Shown: piece after piece, positions 49,441-59,873 of the stretch
Numbering within the stretch: the stretch's first letter is position 1
Layout: each line of letters begins with the position of its first letter
NCBI GenBank assembly: GCA_020852835.1
Contig: JADZAC010000002.1
Span: 246-64,245 of the forward strand
Source: Flavobacteriales bacterium
GTDB taxonomy: Bacteria; Bacteroidota; Bacteroidia; Flavobacteriales_F; PHOS-HE28
DNA: 64,000 bases
Direction: 5' to 3'
Position numbers and translations under genes: made by a program
Notes under the pieces: model-generated
What the model was told of the DNA's origin: nothing
The model's database searches: none
What the model saw: only the letters and a program-made list of their open reading frames with translations

Positions 49441-50900
49441 AACCGCTCAAGGACATCCTCTACCGCACCCAGCTGGAACAGGTGGTGGGCGACACCTCGG
49501 CGGCCATCGCCCGGATCACCTTCGACAGCCGGGAGGCCGGCCCCCATACCGCCTTTGTGGCCGTGCGAGGCGCCCAGGCCGATGGGCACAAGTTCATAAG
49601 CAAGGCGGTGGAGCTGGGGGCGGCGGCCATCATCTGCGAAGACCTCCCCAAGCAGTGCGTGGAAGGAGTGACCTATGTGCGCGTGGCCGACAGCCGCCAT
49701 GCACTGGCCATCATGGCCGGCAATTTCTTCGGCCACCCCGACCGCCAGCTCACCCTCACCGGCATCACCGGCACCAACGGCAAGACCAGCGTGGCCACCT
49801 TGCTTTACAAGCTCTTCGGGGCCCTGGGGCACAAATGCGCGCTCATTTCCACCGTGGAGATCCGCATCGGTGATGCCGTGGTGCCCGCCACCCATACCAC
49901 GCCCGACCCGCTGCGCCTCCACGCGCTGTTCGCGGAGATGGCCGCAGCGGGAGTCACCCACTGCTTCATGGAAGTGAGCAGCCATGCCGTGGTGCAGGAA
50001 CGCATCGCCGGGCTGCACTTCGCCTTGGGCGTGTTCACCAACATCACCCACGACCACCTGGACTACCACGGCACCTTCGATGCATACATCCAGGCCAAGA
50101 AAGGCTTCTTCGACGCGCTGCCTGCCGGGGCTTCGGCCTTGGTGAACGCCGATGATGTGCACGGCGCGGTGATGCTGCAGAACACCAAGGCCGCCAAGTG
50201 CACCTACGCCGTGCGCAACCTGGCGGACCACCGGGCGCGCATCATCGAGAACCAGCTTACCGGCCTGCAGCTCAACATCGACGGGCGCGACATGTACTCC
50301 CGGCTTGTGGGAGAATTCAATGCCAGCAACCTGTTGGCCGTTTACGCAGCCGCCGTGCTGCTCGGCGGGCAGCCCGTGGAGGTGCTTACCGCGCTCAGCG
50401 CCTTGGAACCGCCGCCGGGCCGCTTCCAGGTGGTGCGCGGCCAAGGCGGCGTGATCGGCATCGTTGATTATGCGCACACGCCCGATGCGCTCAAGAACGT
50501 TCTCAACACCATCGGTGCCGTATGCGGCGACCGTGAACGGGTGATCACCGTGGTGGGCTGCGGCGGAGACCGCGATCGCGCCAAGCGGCCGGTGATGGCG
50601 GCCATTGCCGCCGCCATGAGCCGCAGCGTGGTGCTCACCAACGACAATCCGCGCAGCGAGGACCCCCTGGCCATCATCGACGACATGCGCAAAGGCCTGC
50701 TGCCGGCCGACCTCGCAAGGGTGTTCGTGAACACCGACCGCCGCGAGGCCATCCGCCAGGCCGTGGCCATGGCCGCGCCCGGGGAGGTGGTGCTCCTGGC
50801 CGGCAAAGGCCATGAGAACTACCAGGAGGTCCGCGGCGTGCGCCACCATTTCAACGATGTGGAGGTGTTGAAGGAAACCCTTGAACTGTTGCGGAAATAA
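49437..50900 (+). CDS. murE: UDP-N-acetylmuramoyl-L-alanyl-D-glutamate--2,6-diaminopimelate ligase
   Basis: Start MKPLKDIL at 49437. [11 protein letters not shown]-loop. DNPR motif consistent with meso-DAP specificity. Confidence 0.9.
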   Translation: MKPLKDILYRTQLEQVVGDTSAAIARITFDSREAGPHTAFVAVRGAQADGHKFISKAVELGAAAIICEDLPKQCVEGVTYVRVADSRHALAIMAGNFFGHPDRQLTLTGITGTNGKTSVATLLYKLFGALGHKCALISTVEIRIGDAVVPATHTTPDPLRLHALFAEMAAAGVTHCFMEVSSHAVVQERIAGLHFALGVFTNITHDHLDYHGTFDAYIQAKKGFFDALPAGASALVNADDVHGAVMLQNTKAAKCTYAVRNLADHRARIIENQLTGLQLNIDGRDMYSRLVGEFNASNLLAVYAAAVLLGGQPVEVLTALSALEPPPGRFQVVRGQGGVIGIVDYAHTPDALKNVLNTIGAVCGDRERVITVVGCGGDRDRAKRPVMAAIAAAMSRSVVLTNDNPRSEDPLAIIDDMRKGLLPADLARVFVNTDRREAIRQAVAMAAPGEVVLLAGKGHENYQEVRGVRHHFNDVEVLKETLELLRK

Positions 50901-52147
50901 TGCTGTACCACCTCATCAACTGGCTCCAGCTCACCTTCCCCGGCAGCGGTGTGTTCGGCTACATCAGCTTCCGCGCGGGCATGGCCCTGATCATCTCCCT
51001 GATGATCTCCCTCTGGTGGGGCAAGGGCATCATTCGCCTGCTGCAGCGCAAGCAGGTGGGAGAGATCGTCCGCGACCTCGGCCTGCAGGGCCAGTCGGAG
51101 AAGCAGGGCACGCCCACCATGGGCGGCCTCATCATCATCGCCGGCACCATCGTGCCCACCCTCCTCTTCGCCCGCCTGGACAACGTGTACATCCTGCTGA
51201 TGATGCTCGCCATGCTGTGGCTGGGCACCATCGGGTTCATCGACGATTACATCAAGGTCTTCAAGAAGGACAAGCGCGGGCTGGCGGGAACCTTTAAGGT
51301 GATCGGCCAGGTGGGCATCGGCCTGGTGATCGGCCTTACCGTGTATTTCCATCCCTCCATCCGCACCAAGGTGGAAGTGCCGCAGGTGCTTGCCGAGCAG
51401 TTCGACCCTTCGGAAGTGAGCATGTTCACCGAGGATGACGGCACGGCGCACTACCTGCTGGACCGCAAGCAGCCCAACACCACCATCCCCTTCGTGAAGG
51501 GCAACGAGCTCAACTACTCCTCGGTGATGGGCGTGTTCGGCAGGGAGGCCCGCAAGTACACCTGGGTGCTCTATGTGCTGGTGGTGGTGTTCATCATTAC
51601 CGCCGTGAGCAACGGGGCCAACATCACCGACGGCATCGACGGGCTGGCCGCCGGCACCAGCGCCATCATCGTGCTGGCACTAGGCGTGCTCACCTACATC
51701 GGCGGCAACATCATCTTCTCCCAGTACCTCAACGTGATGTACATCCCCGGCATCGGCGAGCTGGTGGTGTTCATCGGCGCGCTGCTGGGCGCATGCATCG
51801 GGTTCCTCTGGTACAACGCCTATCCCGCCCAGGTCTTCATGGGCGATACCGGCAGCCTGGCCTTGGGCGGCGTGATCGCCGCACTGGCCATCCTGGTGCG
51901 CAAGGAACTGCTGATCCCCGTGCTCTGCGGCGTGTTCCTGGTGGAGAACCTGAGCGTGATGCTCCAAGTATCCTGGTTCAAGTACACGCGCCGCAAGTAC
52001 GGTGAGGGCCGCAGGATCTTCAAGATGTCGCCCCTGCACCACCACTACCAGAAGCTGGGCTACCACGAAAGCAAGATCGTGACCCGCTTCTGGATCGTGG
52101 GCGTGATGCTCGCCGTGGCCACCCTCGTAACCCTGAAACTGCGATGA
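50900..52147 (+). CDS. mraY: phospho-N-acetylmuramoyl-pentapeptide transferase
   Basis: 415 aa with multiple TM helices and MraY motifs (NxxNxxDGxDGL). Confidence 0.92.
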   Translation: MLYHLINWLQLTFPGSGVFGYISFRAGMALIISLMISLWWGKGIIRLLQRKQVGEIVRDLGLQGQSEKQGTPTMGGLIIIAGTIVPTLLFARLDNVYILLMMLAMLWLGTIGFIDDYIKVFKKDKRGLAGTFKVIGQVGIGLVIGLTVYFHPSIRTKVEVPQVLAEQFDPSEVSMFTEDDGTAHYLLDRKQPNTTIPFVKGNELNYSSVMGVFGREARKYTWVLYVLVVVFIITAVSNGANITDGIDGLAAGTSAIIVLALGVLTYIGGNIIFSQYLNVMYIPGIGELVVFIGALLGACIGFLWYNAYPAQVFMGDTGSLALGGVIAALAILVRKELLIPVLCGVFLVENLSVMLQVSWFKYTRRKYGEGRRIFKMSPLHHHYQKLGYHESKIVTRFWIVGVMLAVATLVTLKLR

Positions 52148-53478
52148 ACGAACTGGTGATCTTGGGCGCGCAGGAAAGCGGGGTGGGAGCGGCCGTGCTG
52201 GCGAAAAAGCTGGGCATCCCCGTGTTCGTGAGCGACGCCGGCCTGATCCCCCCGGCCTTCAGCGCGCGCTTGGACGAGGCCGGCATCGCCTATGAGCAAG
52301 GCGGCCACACGGTGAACCGCATATTGGCCGCCGCAGAAGTGGTGAAGAGCCCGGGCATCCCCGAAACCGCTTCGGTGGTGAAGGCCTTGCGCAACAAGGG
52401 CGTGCCGGTGATCGCCGAGGTGGAGTTCGCCGCGCGCCACGTCAACGTGCCCATCATCGGCATCACCGGCAGCAACGGCAAGACCACCACCACCCTGCTG
52501 GTGCACCACATCCTGCGCAAGGCCGGCATGAACGCCGGGCTCGCCGGAAACGTGGGCACCTCCTTCGCCGGGCTGGTGGCCAAGGAACGCCACGACATCC
52601 TGGTGCTTGAGCTGAGCAGCTTCCAATTGGACGGCACGCAAACGCTCAAGCCCCATATCGCCGTGCTCACCAACATCACCCCGGACCACCTGGACCGCTA
52701 CGACAACCGCATGGAGAATTATGTGGACAGCAAGTTCCGCATCACCATGAACCAGGGCCCGGATGACCACTTCATCTACTGCGCCGACGACCCTCAGACC
52801 CGTGAAGGCCTCAAACGCCACAACGTATTGGCGCGCCAATGGCCCTTCTCCATCCGCACCTCCGTGGATCAAGGCGGGTACCTGCAAAACGACCTCCTCC
52901 ACGTCCACACCAACCAATCAACCTTCACCATGAGCATCCTGGAACTCGCCCTGCAAGGCAAGCACAACGTGTACAATTCACTGGCCGCGAGCATTGCCGC
53001 CCGCGTGCTCGATGTGCGCAGCGACGTGGTGCGCGATGCCCTTGCCGATTTCCGCAATGTGGAGCACCGCCTGGAGCGCGTGGGCGTGGTCAACGGCGTG
53101 GAGTTCATCAACGACTCCAAGGCCACCAACGTCAACAGCACCTGGTTCGCACTGGAAAGCATGGAAAAGCCGGTGATCTGGGTGATGGGCGGCGTGGACA
53201 AGGGCAACGACTACAGCGAGCTGCGCGACCTGGCGCGCCGCAAGGTGAAGGCCATCATCTGCCTGGGCGTGGACAACGCCAAGATCATGCAGGCATTTGG
53301 CGACATCGTGGCCGACATCACCGAGGTGGATTCCGCCGAAAAGGCCGTGAACAAAGGTTACGAGCTGGGCGAGCCCGGCGATGTGGTGCTCCTCAGCCCG
53401 GCGTGCGCCAGCTTCGATCTGTTCGAGAACTACGAGGACCGTGGCCGCAAGTTCAAGGCCGCGGTGCGCGCATTGTGA
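52144..53478 (+). CDS. murD: UDP-N-acetylmuramoylalanine--D-glutamate ligase
   Basis: [12 protein letters not shown]-loop. C-terminal [10 protein letters not shown]. Confidence 0.92.
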   Translation: MNELVILGAQESGVGAAVLAKKLGIPVFVSDAGLIPPAFSARLDEAGIAYEQGGHTVNRILAAAEVVKSPGIPETASVVKALRNKGVPVIAEVEFAARHVNVPIIGITGSNGKTTTTLLVHHILRKAGMNAGLAGNVGTSFAGLVAKERHDILVLELSSFQLDGTQTLKPHIAVLTNITPDHLDRYDNRMENYVDSKFRITMNQGPDDHFIYCADDPQTREGLKRHNVLARQWPFSIRTSVDQGGYLQNDLLHVHTNQSTFTMSILELALQGKHNVYNSLAASIAARVLDVRSDVVRDALADFRNVEHRLERVGVVNGVEFINDSKATNVNSTWFALESMEKPVIWVMGGVDKGNDYSELRDLARRKVKAIICLGVDNAKIMQAFGDIVADITEVDSAEKAVNKGYELGEPGDVVLLSPACASFDLFENYEDRGRKFKAAVRAL

Positions 53479-53504
53479 ACCATGGACCAAGGAGCACCCA
53501 GGAC

Positions 53505-53999
53505 ATGAACACCACCAGCACCTCCGACCTGGCGAAGCGCCTGCTGGCCCTGCGCGGTGCCGCAGCAGTTCCGGCAACGCGGCCGGGCGCGGCACCGCGC
53601 ACCGTGGCCATTGCCGGTGTGGAGTACATCGATGACAGCCGCAGCACCTTCCTGGATGCCGCCCTGTTTTCCATCCTCGACCTGGGCAAGCCCCTGGTGT
53701 GGATCGCGGACGCCGCCACGCTCCCGGCCATCGATGGGCGCCTGTTGGCCTTCATGGGCGAACAGGTGGACGCTGCCGTGTTCTACGGTACCCCGGACCC
53801 CGAGAAGGCACAGGCCCTCGGATCCGGACCGGGGTGCGTGTACTTCGCGGACAGCCTGCGCACAGCCGTCTTCACGGCCCGTGAACTGGCAGTGCCCGGT
53901 GGCCGGGTGCTGTTCAGCCCCGCCTGCCCCGCCACCTGCGGCCTGGCCAACCAGGCCGAACGCAGCGCCGAGTTCAGGCGCGCATTGAACGATCTCTGA
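53505..53999 (+). CDS. orphan ORF homologous only to the C-terminal domain of MurD (Mur-ligase C-domain paralog; possible degenerate duplication or pseudogene)
   Basis: By eye it aligns to the murD C-terminus: GVEYIDDSRST vs [11 protein letters not shown]; KPLVWIA vs KPVIWVM; PGGRVLFSPACPATCG vs [15 protein letters not shown]. There is no N-terminal or central ATP-binding domain. Occupies the 545-nt gap between murD and ftsW. Confidence 0.6.
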   Translation: MNTTSTSDLAKRLLALRGAAAVPATRPGAAPRTVAIAGVEYIDDSRSTFLDAALFSILDLGKPLVWIADAATLPAIDGRLLAFMGEQVDAAVFYGTPDPEKAQALGSGPGCVYFADSLRTAVFTARELAVPGGRVLFSPACPATCGLANQAERSAEFRRALNDL

Positions 54000-54023
54000 C
54001 CGACGAGTGAAGCGCGCACGGCC

Positions 54024-55202
54024 ATGAACCAACTCCTCGACCGCCACCTGAAAGGCGACCGCACCATCTGGGTGGTGGCCCTGCTGTTGGGCATCACCAG
54101 CCTGTTGGCCGTGTACAGCGCTTCCTCCTGGATGGGCTGGCGGGACCATGGCGGAACCTTCCGGATCTTGGTCAAGCATGCCCTGATGCTGGCCGGCGCG
54201 GGCGGGATCATGTACGCCTCCAGCCGCCTGCGCTACACCGTTTATTCCAAGCTGGCGCAGATCTTCCTTTGGGCTACCGTGGCCTTGCTGGTGCTCACCC
54301 TGCTCATCGGCACCAATGTGAACGGTGCCTCGCGCTGGTTGGCCATTCCGGGCGTGGGCATCACCTTCCAGACCAGTGACCTGGCGCGGGTGGTGATCAT
54401 TGCGTACCTGGCACGTGTACTGGGCCGGCAGCATGATGAGCCATGGACCTTCCGCGACGTGCTGCTGCGCTTGCTGTTGCCCGTGGGTGCCGTGTGCGGG
54501 GCCATCCTTCCGGCCAACTTCTCCACGGCCGCCCTCTTGCTGGCCACCTGCATGGTGCTGATGTTCATCGGCCGGGTGCCCGTGAAGCACCTCCTGGGCA
54601 TCTGCGGCATGGCGGCCTCCGCTTTCGGCCTGTTGCTGCTGCTCTCCAAGGCCAATCCCGATCTGTTGCCCCGCCTGCAAACCTGGCAATCCCGTCTGGA
54701 GAACCACGGGGGCAGCGACCGCGACGCCAACTACCAGGTGAACAAGGCCAAGATCGCCATTGTGCACGGCGGATTCCTGCCGAACGGCCCGGGCACCGGC
54801 ACCTCGCGCAACTACATGCCCCATCCGGAAAGCGACATGATCTACGCCTTCATCATCGAAGAGTACGGCTCCATCCTGGGCGGGTTGGGCCTGCTGTTGC
54901 TTTACCTCATCCTGCTCTCGCGCGCCATGCGCATCGCCAACCGCTGCGACAGGCCCTTCGGCTCGCTGGTGGCCGTCGGCCTGGCGTTGAGCCTGGTGAT
55001 GCAAGCCTTGGTGAACATGGCCGTGGGCGTGAACCTGGTGCCCGTTACCGGCCAGCCGCTGCCGCTGGTGAGCATGGGCGGCACCAGCATGTGGTTCACC
55101 TGCTTGTCCATCGGCATCATCCTCAGCGTGAGCCGCAGCGTGTACGACGCGCAGGCCGCTGCCAAGAGCGAACGCCCCGCAACCACTGCCCATGCAGCCT
55201 AG
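54024..55202 (+). CDS. ftsW: FtsW (SEDS-family peptidoglycan glycosyltransferase/lipid II flippase)
   Basis: 392 aa with 10 TM helices. SEDS motifs. Confidence 0.9.
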   Translation: MNQLLDRHLKGDRTIWVVALLLGITSLLAVYSASSWMGWRDHGGTFRILVKHALMLAGAGGIMYASSRLRYTVYSKLAQIFLWATVALLVLTLLIGTNVNGASRWLAIPGVGITFQTSDLARVVIIAYLARVLGRQHDEPWTFRDVLLRLLLPVGAVCGAILPANFSTAALLLATCMVLMFIGRVPVKHLLGICGMAASAFGLLLLLSKANPDLLPRLQTWQSRLENHGGSDRDANYQVNKAKIAIVHGGFLPNGPGTGTSRNYMPHPESDMIYAFIIEEYGSILGGLGLLLLYLILLSRAMRIANRCDRPFGSLVAVGLALSLVMQALVNMAVGVNLVPVTGQPLPLVSMGGTSMWFTCLSIGIILSVSRSVYDAQAAAKSERPATTAHAA

Positions 55203-56313
55203 GATCTTGATCAGCGGAGGAGGCACGGGCGGGCACATCTTCCCGGCCATCGCCATTGCCGATGCACTCAAGCAGCGGGTGCCCGATGCCCGTTTCCTCT
55301 TCGTGGGTGCCGAGGGCAAGATGGAGATGGAGAAGGTGCCTGCTGCGGGGTATGCCATTACGGGCCTGCCCGTACGCGGCTTCCAGCGCGGGGCGCCGTG
55401 GAAGAACATCGGGCTGCCTTGGCGGCTGCTGCGCAGCATGTGGCAGGCCCGGCGCATCGTGCGCACCTTCAGGCCGCACGTGGCCGTGGGCGTGGGCGGC
55501 TATGCCAGCGGGCCGGTGCTGGCCGCGGCACAGCGCGCGGGCGTGCCCACGCTCATCCAGGAGCAGAACAGCCATGCCGGTGCCACCAACCGCCTGCTGG
55601 CCAAACGGGCTGCCTCCATCTGCGTGGCCTATGCCGGCATGGAGCGCTATTTCCCCAAGGATAAGATCCGCCTCACCGGCAACCCCGTACGGCAGGACAT
55701 GGTGCGCCTGGCCGGCAAACGGCCCATCGGGCTCGGGCATTTCCAATTGCGGGGGGATGCGCCCGTGGTGCTCGTTACCGGCGGAAGCCTGGGCGCGCGC
55801 GGCATCAACCTGGGCATCGAGGCCGCCTTGGAGCAGTTGCGCGATGCGGGCGTGCAGCTCATCTGGCAAACCGGCGGCCCGTTCCACAGCAAGGCCCTGG
55901 AAGCCGTTCGCCGCACCGGCTTTGCCGATGCCCGTGTGCCGGCCTTCATCGACCGCATGGACCTGGCCTATGCCGTGGCCGATGTGGTGGTGGCCCGCGC
56001 CGGTGCCATCAGCGTAAGCGAGCTCTGCCTCACCCAACGGCCTGCCATCCTGGTGCCGCTGCCCACGGCCGCCGAAGACCACCAGACCAGCAATGCGCGC
56101 GCCCTGGCCGAGCGCGGCGCTGCGGTGCTGGTGAAGGATGCGGATGCCGCGGCCAGGCTCGGCGGCGAGATCTTGCGCCTGGTCGCCGACCCTGCGGAAC
56201 GCGATCGCCTGCGCACGGCCATGGCCGCAATGGGCATGGACAATGCGGCGGAGGCCATTGCTGCGGAGGTGCTCCGTTTGGCCGCATTCAACCCCATCGC
56301 CAATCCCCAGTGA
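55192..56313 (+). CDS. murG: undecaprenyldiphospho-muramoylpentapeptide beta-N-acetylglucosaminyltransferase
   Basis: GGTGGH N-terminal motif. GT28 family. Confidence 0.92.
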   Translation: MQPRILISGGGTGGHIFPAIAIADALKQRVPDARFLFVGAEGKMEMEKVPAAGYAITGLPVRGFQRGAPWKNIGLPWRLLRSMWQARRIVRTFRPHVAVGVGGYASGPVLAAAQRAGVPTLIQEQNSHAGATNRLLAKRAASICVAYAGMERYFPKDKIRLTGNPVRQDMVRLAGKRPIGLGHFQLRGDAPVVLVTGGSLGARGINLGIEAALEQLRDAGVQLIWQTGGPFHSKALEAVRRTGFADARVPAFIDRMDLAYAVADVVVARAGAISVSELCLTQRPAILVPLPTAAEDHQTSNARALAERGAAVLVKDADAAARLGGEILRLVADPAERDRLRTAMAAMGMDNAAEAIAAEVLRLAAFNPIANPQ

Positions 56314-57701
56314 TCATGGACATGAAACGCCCGGACCTGCTCTATTTCATCGGCATCGGCGGCATCGGCATGAGCGGCCTGGCACGGTATTTCCGCCGCC
56401 ACGGGGCCGCGGTGGCCGGCTATGACAAAACCCCCGGGGAAGTGGCCGTGCAGCTTGCCCAGGAAGGCATTGATGTGAGCTACAGCACCGATGTGCGCAA
56501 CATCCCCGCCGAGTTCCGCGAGGCCGATCCCGCGCGCGTCATGGTGGTGCGCACCCCGGCGGTGCCCTTGGACAACCCGCTGATCGCCTTCTGGCAGCAA
56601 CGCGGCGCCGCCATCCACAAGCGCAGCGAGGTGCTTGGCCTGGTCACCCGCGACCGGCGCACCTTGGCCGTGGCCGGCACCCACGGAAAAACCACCGTGA
56701 GCACCATGCTGGCCCACTTGCTCACGCAGGCCGGGATCCCGTGCAACGCCTTCCTCGGTGGCATCAGCGCCAACTACGACACCAACGTACTGCTCAACTC
56801 CAAGGCCGTGCTCAACGTGGTGGAAGCCGATGAATACGACCGCAGTTTCCTCGCCCTGCACCCCGATGAAGCCGTGATCACCGCCATGGACCCCGATCAC
56901 CTGGACATCTACGGCGATGCGGAAAAGATGTACCGCTCCTATGCCGATTTCGCCGCGTTGGTGAAAGGGCGCATGTTCGTGCACCACCGCGTGATGGAGC
57001 GCCTGCTGCAGCATGCCTCCGTGCTCCGCGATGCCGTGCCCTACGGCCTGGACAGCCCTGCCGGGCCCCATGCCGAGAACATTGCCGTGAGCGACGGCAG
57101 CTACCATTTCGACCTGGTGGCCGGCGAGACCGTGCTGCGCGGCCTCACCTTGGGCATGCCCGGCAGGCACAATGTGGAGAATGCGGTGGCCGCGGCATCC
57201 ATGGCGCTGCATGCCGGGGCCGCTCCTGAGGCCATACGCAAGGGCTTGGCGAGCTTCCAAGGGGTACGGCGCCGCTTTGAGCTGCGTGCCCGTACCGCGA
57301 AGAGCATCTTCATCGATGATTACGCCCACCATCCCACCGAACTGGAGGCCTGCATCCGCAGCGTGCGCGAGCTCTATCCCGGCCGCAAGATCACCGGCAT
57401 CTTCCAGCCCCACCTCTACAGCCGCACGCGCGATCTGGCAGCGGACTTTGCCCGCAGCCTGGCCCTGCTCGATGAACTGATCCTGCTGGAGATCTATCCG
57501 GCCCGCGAAGAACCGTTGCCCGGGATCACCTCGGCCTGGCTGCTGGAACAGATCAAAGGGACTAACAGCGTGCTGTGCACAAAGGAGCAGCTGTTGCCGC
57601 TTTTGCAAGCCCGCGATGTGGACATCTTGCTGGCCCTTGGAGCGGGTGACATCGACCGCCTGGTGCCGGCCATTGCAACCATGTTGAACGCCAAGGAATG
57701 A
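56310..57701 (+). CDS. murC: UDP-N-acetylmuramate--L-alanine ligase
   Basis: GIGGIGMSGLA and GTHGKTT motifs. Confidence 0.92.
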   Translation: MIMDMKRPDLLYFIGIGGIGMSGLARYFRRHGAAVAGYDKTPGEVAVQLAQEGIDVSYSTDVRNIPAEFREADPARVMVVRTPAVPLDNPLIAFWQQRGAAIHKRSEVLGLVTRDRRTLAVAGTHGKTTVSTMLAHLLTQAGIPCNAFLGGISANYDTNVLLNSKAVLNVVEADEYDRSFLALHPDEAVITAMDPDHLDIYGDAEKMYRSYADFAALVKGRMFVHHRVMERLLQHASVLRDAVPYGLDSPAGPHAENIAVSDGSYHFDLVAGETVLRGLTLGMPGRHNVENAVAAASMALHAGAAPEAIRKGLASFQGVRRRFELRARTAKSIFIDDYAHHPTELEACIRSVRELYPGRKITGIFQPHLYSRTRDLAADFARSLALLDELILLEIYPAREEPLPGITSAWLLEQIKGTNSVLCTKEQLLPLLQARDVDILLALGAGDIDRLVPAIATMLNAKE

Positions 57702-58504
57702 GCAGAGCAAAACATATCCTTCGGCTTGCGGCCATCCTGGGCGCCGGTGCGGCCTTGATGGCCTTGCTGGGCTTTGTGGAGCACCGTGCGGAACAGGTGG
57801 CCGTCCGTGAAGTGCGGGTGCAGGTGCGCGCCGCCGCAGAGGTGCATTTCACCGATGCCGAAGCCTTGAAGCTCGAAGTGGACAAAGCCACGGGCCCCGT
57901 GATCGGCACCTCCGTGAACGACCTGGACGAAACCGCCATTGAACGGCACTTGCGCGCGATCCCCAGCTTGGCCGACGCCGATGTGTACCATACCATGGAC
58001 GGCGTGCTGCATGTGCGGGCCCGCCAGCGGCAGCCCATTGTGCGCGTGGTGAACGCCGACGGCACGGGCTTTTACATCGACCGCGACGGCTGGACCATGC
58101 CCCTGGACCCCAACTACACCGCCCGGGTGATGGCCGTGACCGGCCAACTGGCCGAGCCCTTCGCAAACCGCCCGCCCGTGAACCTGGTCCACGCGCCGGA
58201 CAGCCTCTTCCGGCACCTGCACAGCCGTGCCATCCACGCCATGGCGCGCACCATCAGCCAAGATCCCTTTTGGAGCGCCCTGTTCCCCCAAGCGGTCATG
58301 GATGCCGATGGCGAGATCACGCTGATCCCCGGCGTGGGCATGATGCGCATCCGCATTGGCGATGGCAGCCACCTGCAACAGCGCCTGGCCAAGCTCCGGC
58401 TCTTCTACCAGCAAGGAATCCCCCAAACCGATTGGCGCATGTACAGCACAATCGACCTGCGCTTCAACGACCAGGTAGTGTGCGCCAAACGCCCCGCCTT
58501 CTGA
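57698..58504 (+). CDS. ftsQ: cell-division protein FtsQ/DivIB
   Basis: N-terminal TM helix plus a POTRA-like domain. Conserved position in the dcw cluster. Confidence 0.8.
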   Translation: MSRAKHILRLAAILGAGAALMALLGFVEHRAEQVAVREVRVQVRAAAEVHFTDAEALKLEVDKATGPVIGTSVNDLDETAIERHLRAIPSLADADVYHTMDGVLHVRARQRQPIVRVVNADGTGFYIDRDGWTMPLDPNYTARVMAVTGQLAEPFANRPPVNLVHAPDSLFRHLHSRAIHAMARTISQDPFWSALFPQAVMDADGEITLIPGVGMMRIRIGDGSHLQQRLAKLRLFYQQGIPQTDWRMYSTIDLRFNDQVVCAKRPAF

Positions 58505-58549
58505 TCACGACCAACACGCAAGCATCGGCCCCAACGCCAACTGACGAAC

Positions 58550-59833
58550 ATGGAGAACAACGAGGAAATTGTAGCCGGCCTTGATATCGGCACCACCAAG
58601 ATCGCCTGCATCGTGGGTCGCAAGAACGAGCAGGGCAAGCTGGAGATCATGGGCATGGGCAAGAGCCGCAGCGACGGTGTGACCCGCGGGGTGGTCACCA
58701 ACATCCAGCGCACCGTGGACAGCATCAAGGCGGCCGTGCAAGAGGCCGAGAACAGTGCCAACGTGCAGATCACCACCGTGAACGTGGGCATCGCCGGCCA
58801 GCACATCCGCAGCATGCACCACCGCGGCATGATCACCCGCAAAAGCCTGGAGGAGGAGATCCGCCAAACCGACATCGACCAGCTGATCGACAGCATGTAC
58901 AGCCTGGCCATGCTGCCCGGCGAAGAGATCATCCACGTGCTGCCCCAGGAGTACATCGTGGACAATGAGCAGGGGATCAAGGACCCCATCGGCATGAGCG
59001 GCGCGCGCCTGGAGGCCAATTTCCACATCATCACCGGCCAGGTCACCGCCGCGCGCAACATCAACAAGTGCGTGGCCCGCGCCAACCTCGATGTCACCGA
59101 ACTCATCCTGGAGCCCTTGGCCAGTTCGGACGCGGTGCTGTGCGCCGAAGAGAAGGAGGCGGGCGTGGTGCTGGTGGACATCGGCGGCGGAACCACCGAC
59201 ATCGCCATCTTCAGCGACCAGATCATCCGCCACACCGCCGTGATCCCTTTCGGCGGCAACGTCATCACCGACGACATCAAGATGGGCTGCGCCATCCTGC
59301 GCGACCAGGCGGAGCTGCTCAAGAGCCGGTTCGGCAGCGCCTTGGCCAGCGAGAACAAGGAGAACGAGGTGGTATGCATACCCGGCCTGCGCGGTCGCGA
59401 GCCCAAGGAGATCAGCCTGAAGAACCTCGCCAACATCATCCAGTGCCGCATGGAGGAGATCCTCGAACATGTCTACTTCGAGATCAAGAACAGCGGCTTG
59501 GAGAAACAGCTCAGCGGCGGCATCGTGCTCACCGGAGGCGGTGCCCAGCTCAAGCACCTGCGCCAGCTCACCGAGTATGTCACGGGCATGAGCACCCGCA
59601 TCGGCTACCCCAGTGAGCACCTCGCCAACAGCAAGGTGGAAGCCGTTACCAGCCCCCTTTTCGCCACGGGTGTCGGCCTGGTGCTGCGCGGCTTCGACTA
59701 CCTCGAGCGCCACCGCGAGCAGCCGCGGCAACCCGGATCCAAGGTGACCACCCACAGCCAATCCCGCGTGGGCAGCTTCTTCAGCAAGGTCCTCAACAGC
59801 GCCAGCGACATCCTGCGCGACGATGAAGCTTGA
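58550..59833 (+). CDS. ftsA: cell-division protein FtsA
   Basis: Actin-like ATPase motifs (GLDIGTTKI, DIGGGTTD). Confidence 0.92.
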   Translation: MENNEEIVAGLDIGTTKIACIVGRKNEQGKLEIMGMGKSRSDGVTRGVVTNIQRTVDSIKAAVQEAENSANVQITTVNVGIAGQHIRSMHHRGMITRKSLEEEIRQTDIDQLIDSMYSLAMLPGEEIIHVLPQEYIVDNEQGIKDPIGMSGARLEANFHIITGQVTAARNINKCVARANLDVTELILEPLASSDAVLCAEEKEAGVVLVDIGGGTTDIAIFSDQIIRHTAVIPFGGNVITDDIKMGCAILRDQAELLKSRFGSALASENKENEVVCIPGLRGREPKEISLKNLANIIQCRMEEILEHVYFEIKNSGLEKQLSGGIVLTGGGAQLKHLRQLTEYVTGMSTRIGYPSEHLANSKVEAVTSPLFATGVGLVLRGFDYLERHREQPRQPGSKVTTHSQSRVGSFFSKVLNSASDILRDDEA

Positions 59834-59873
59834 ACCTTCCCCCCAACCCTGAACCCCGATAATCCCGTACCCG

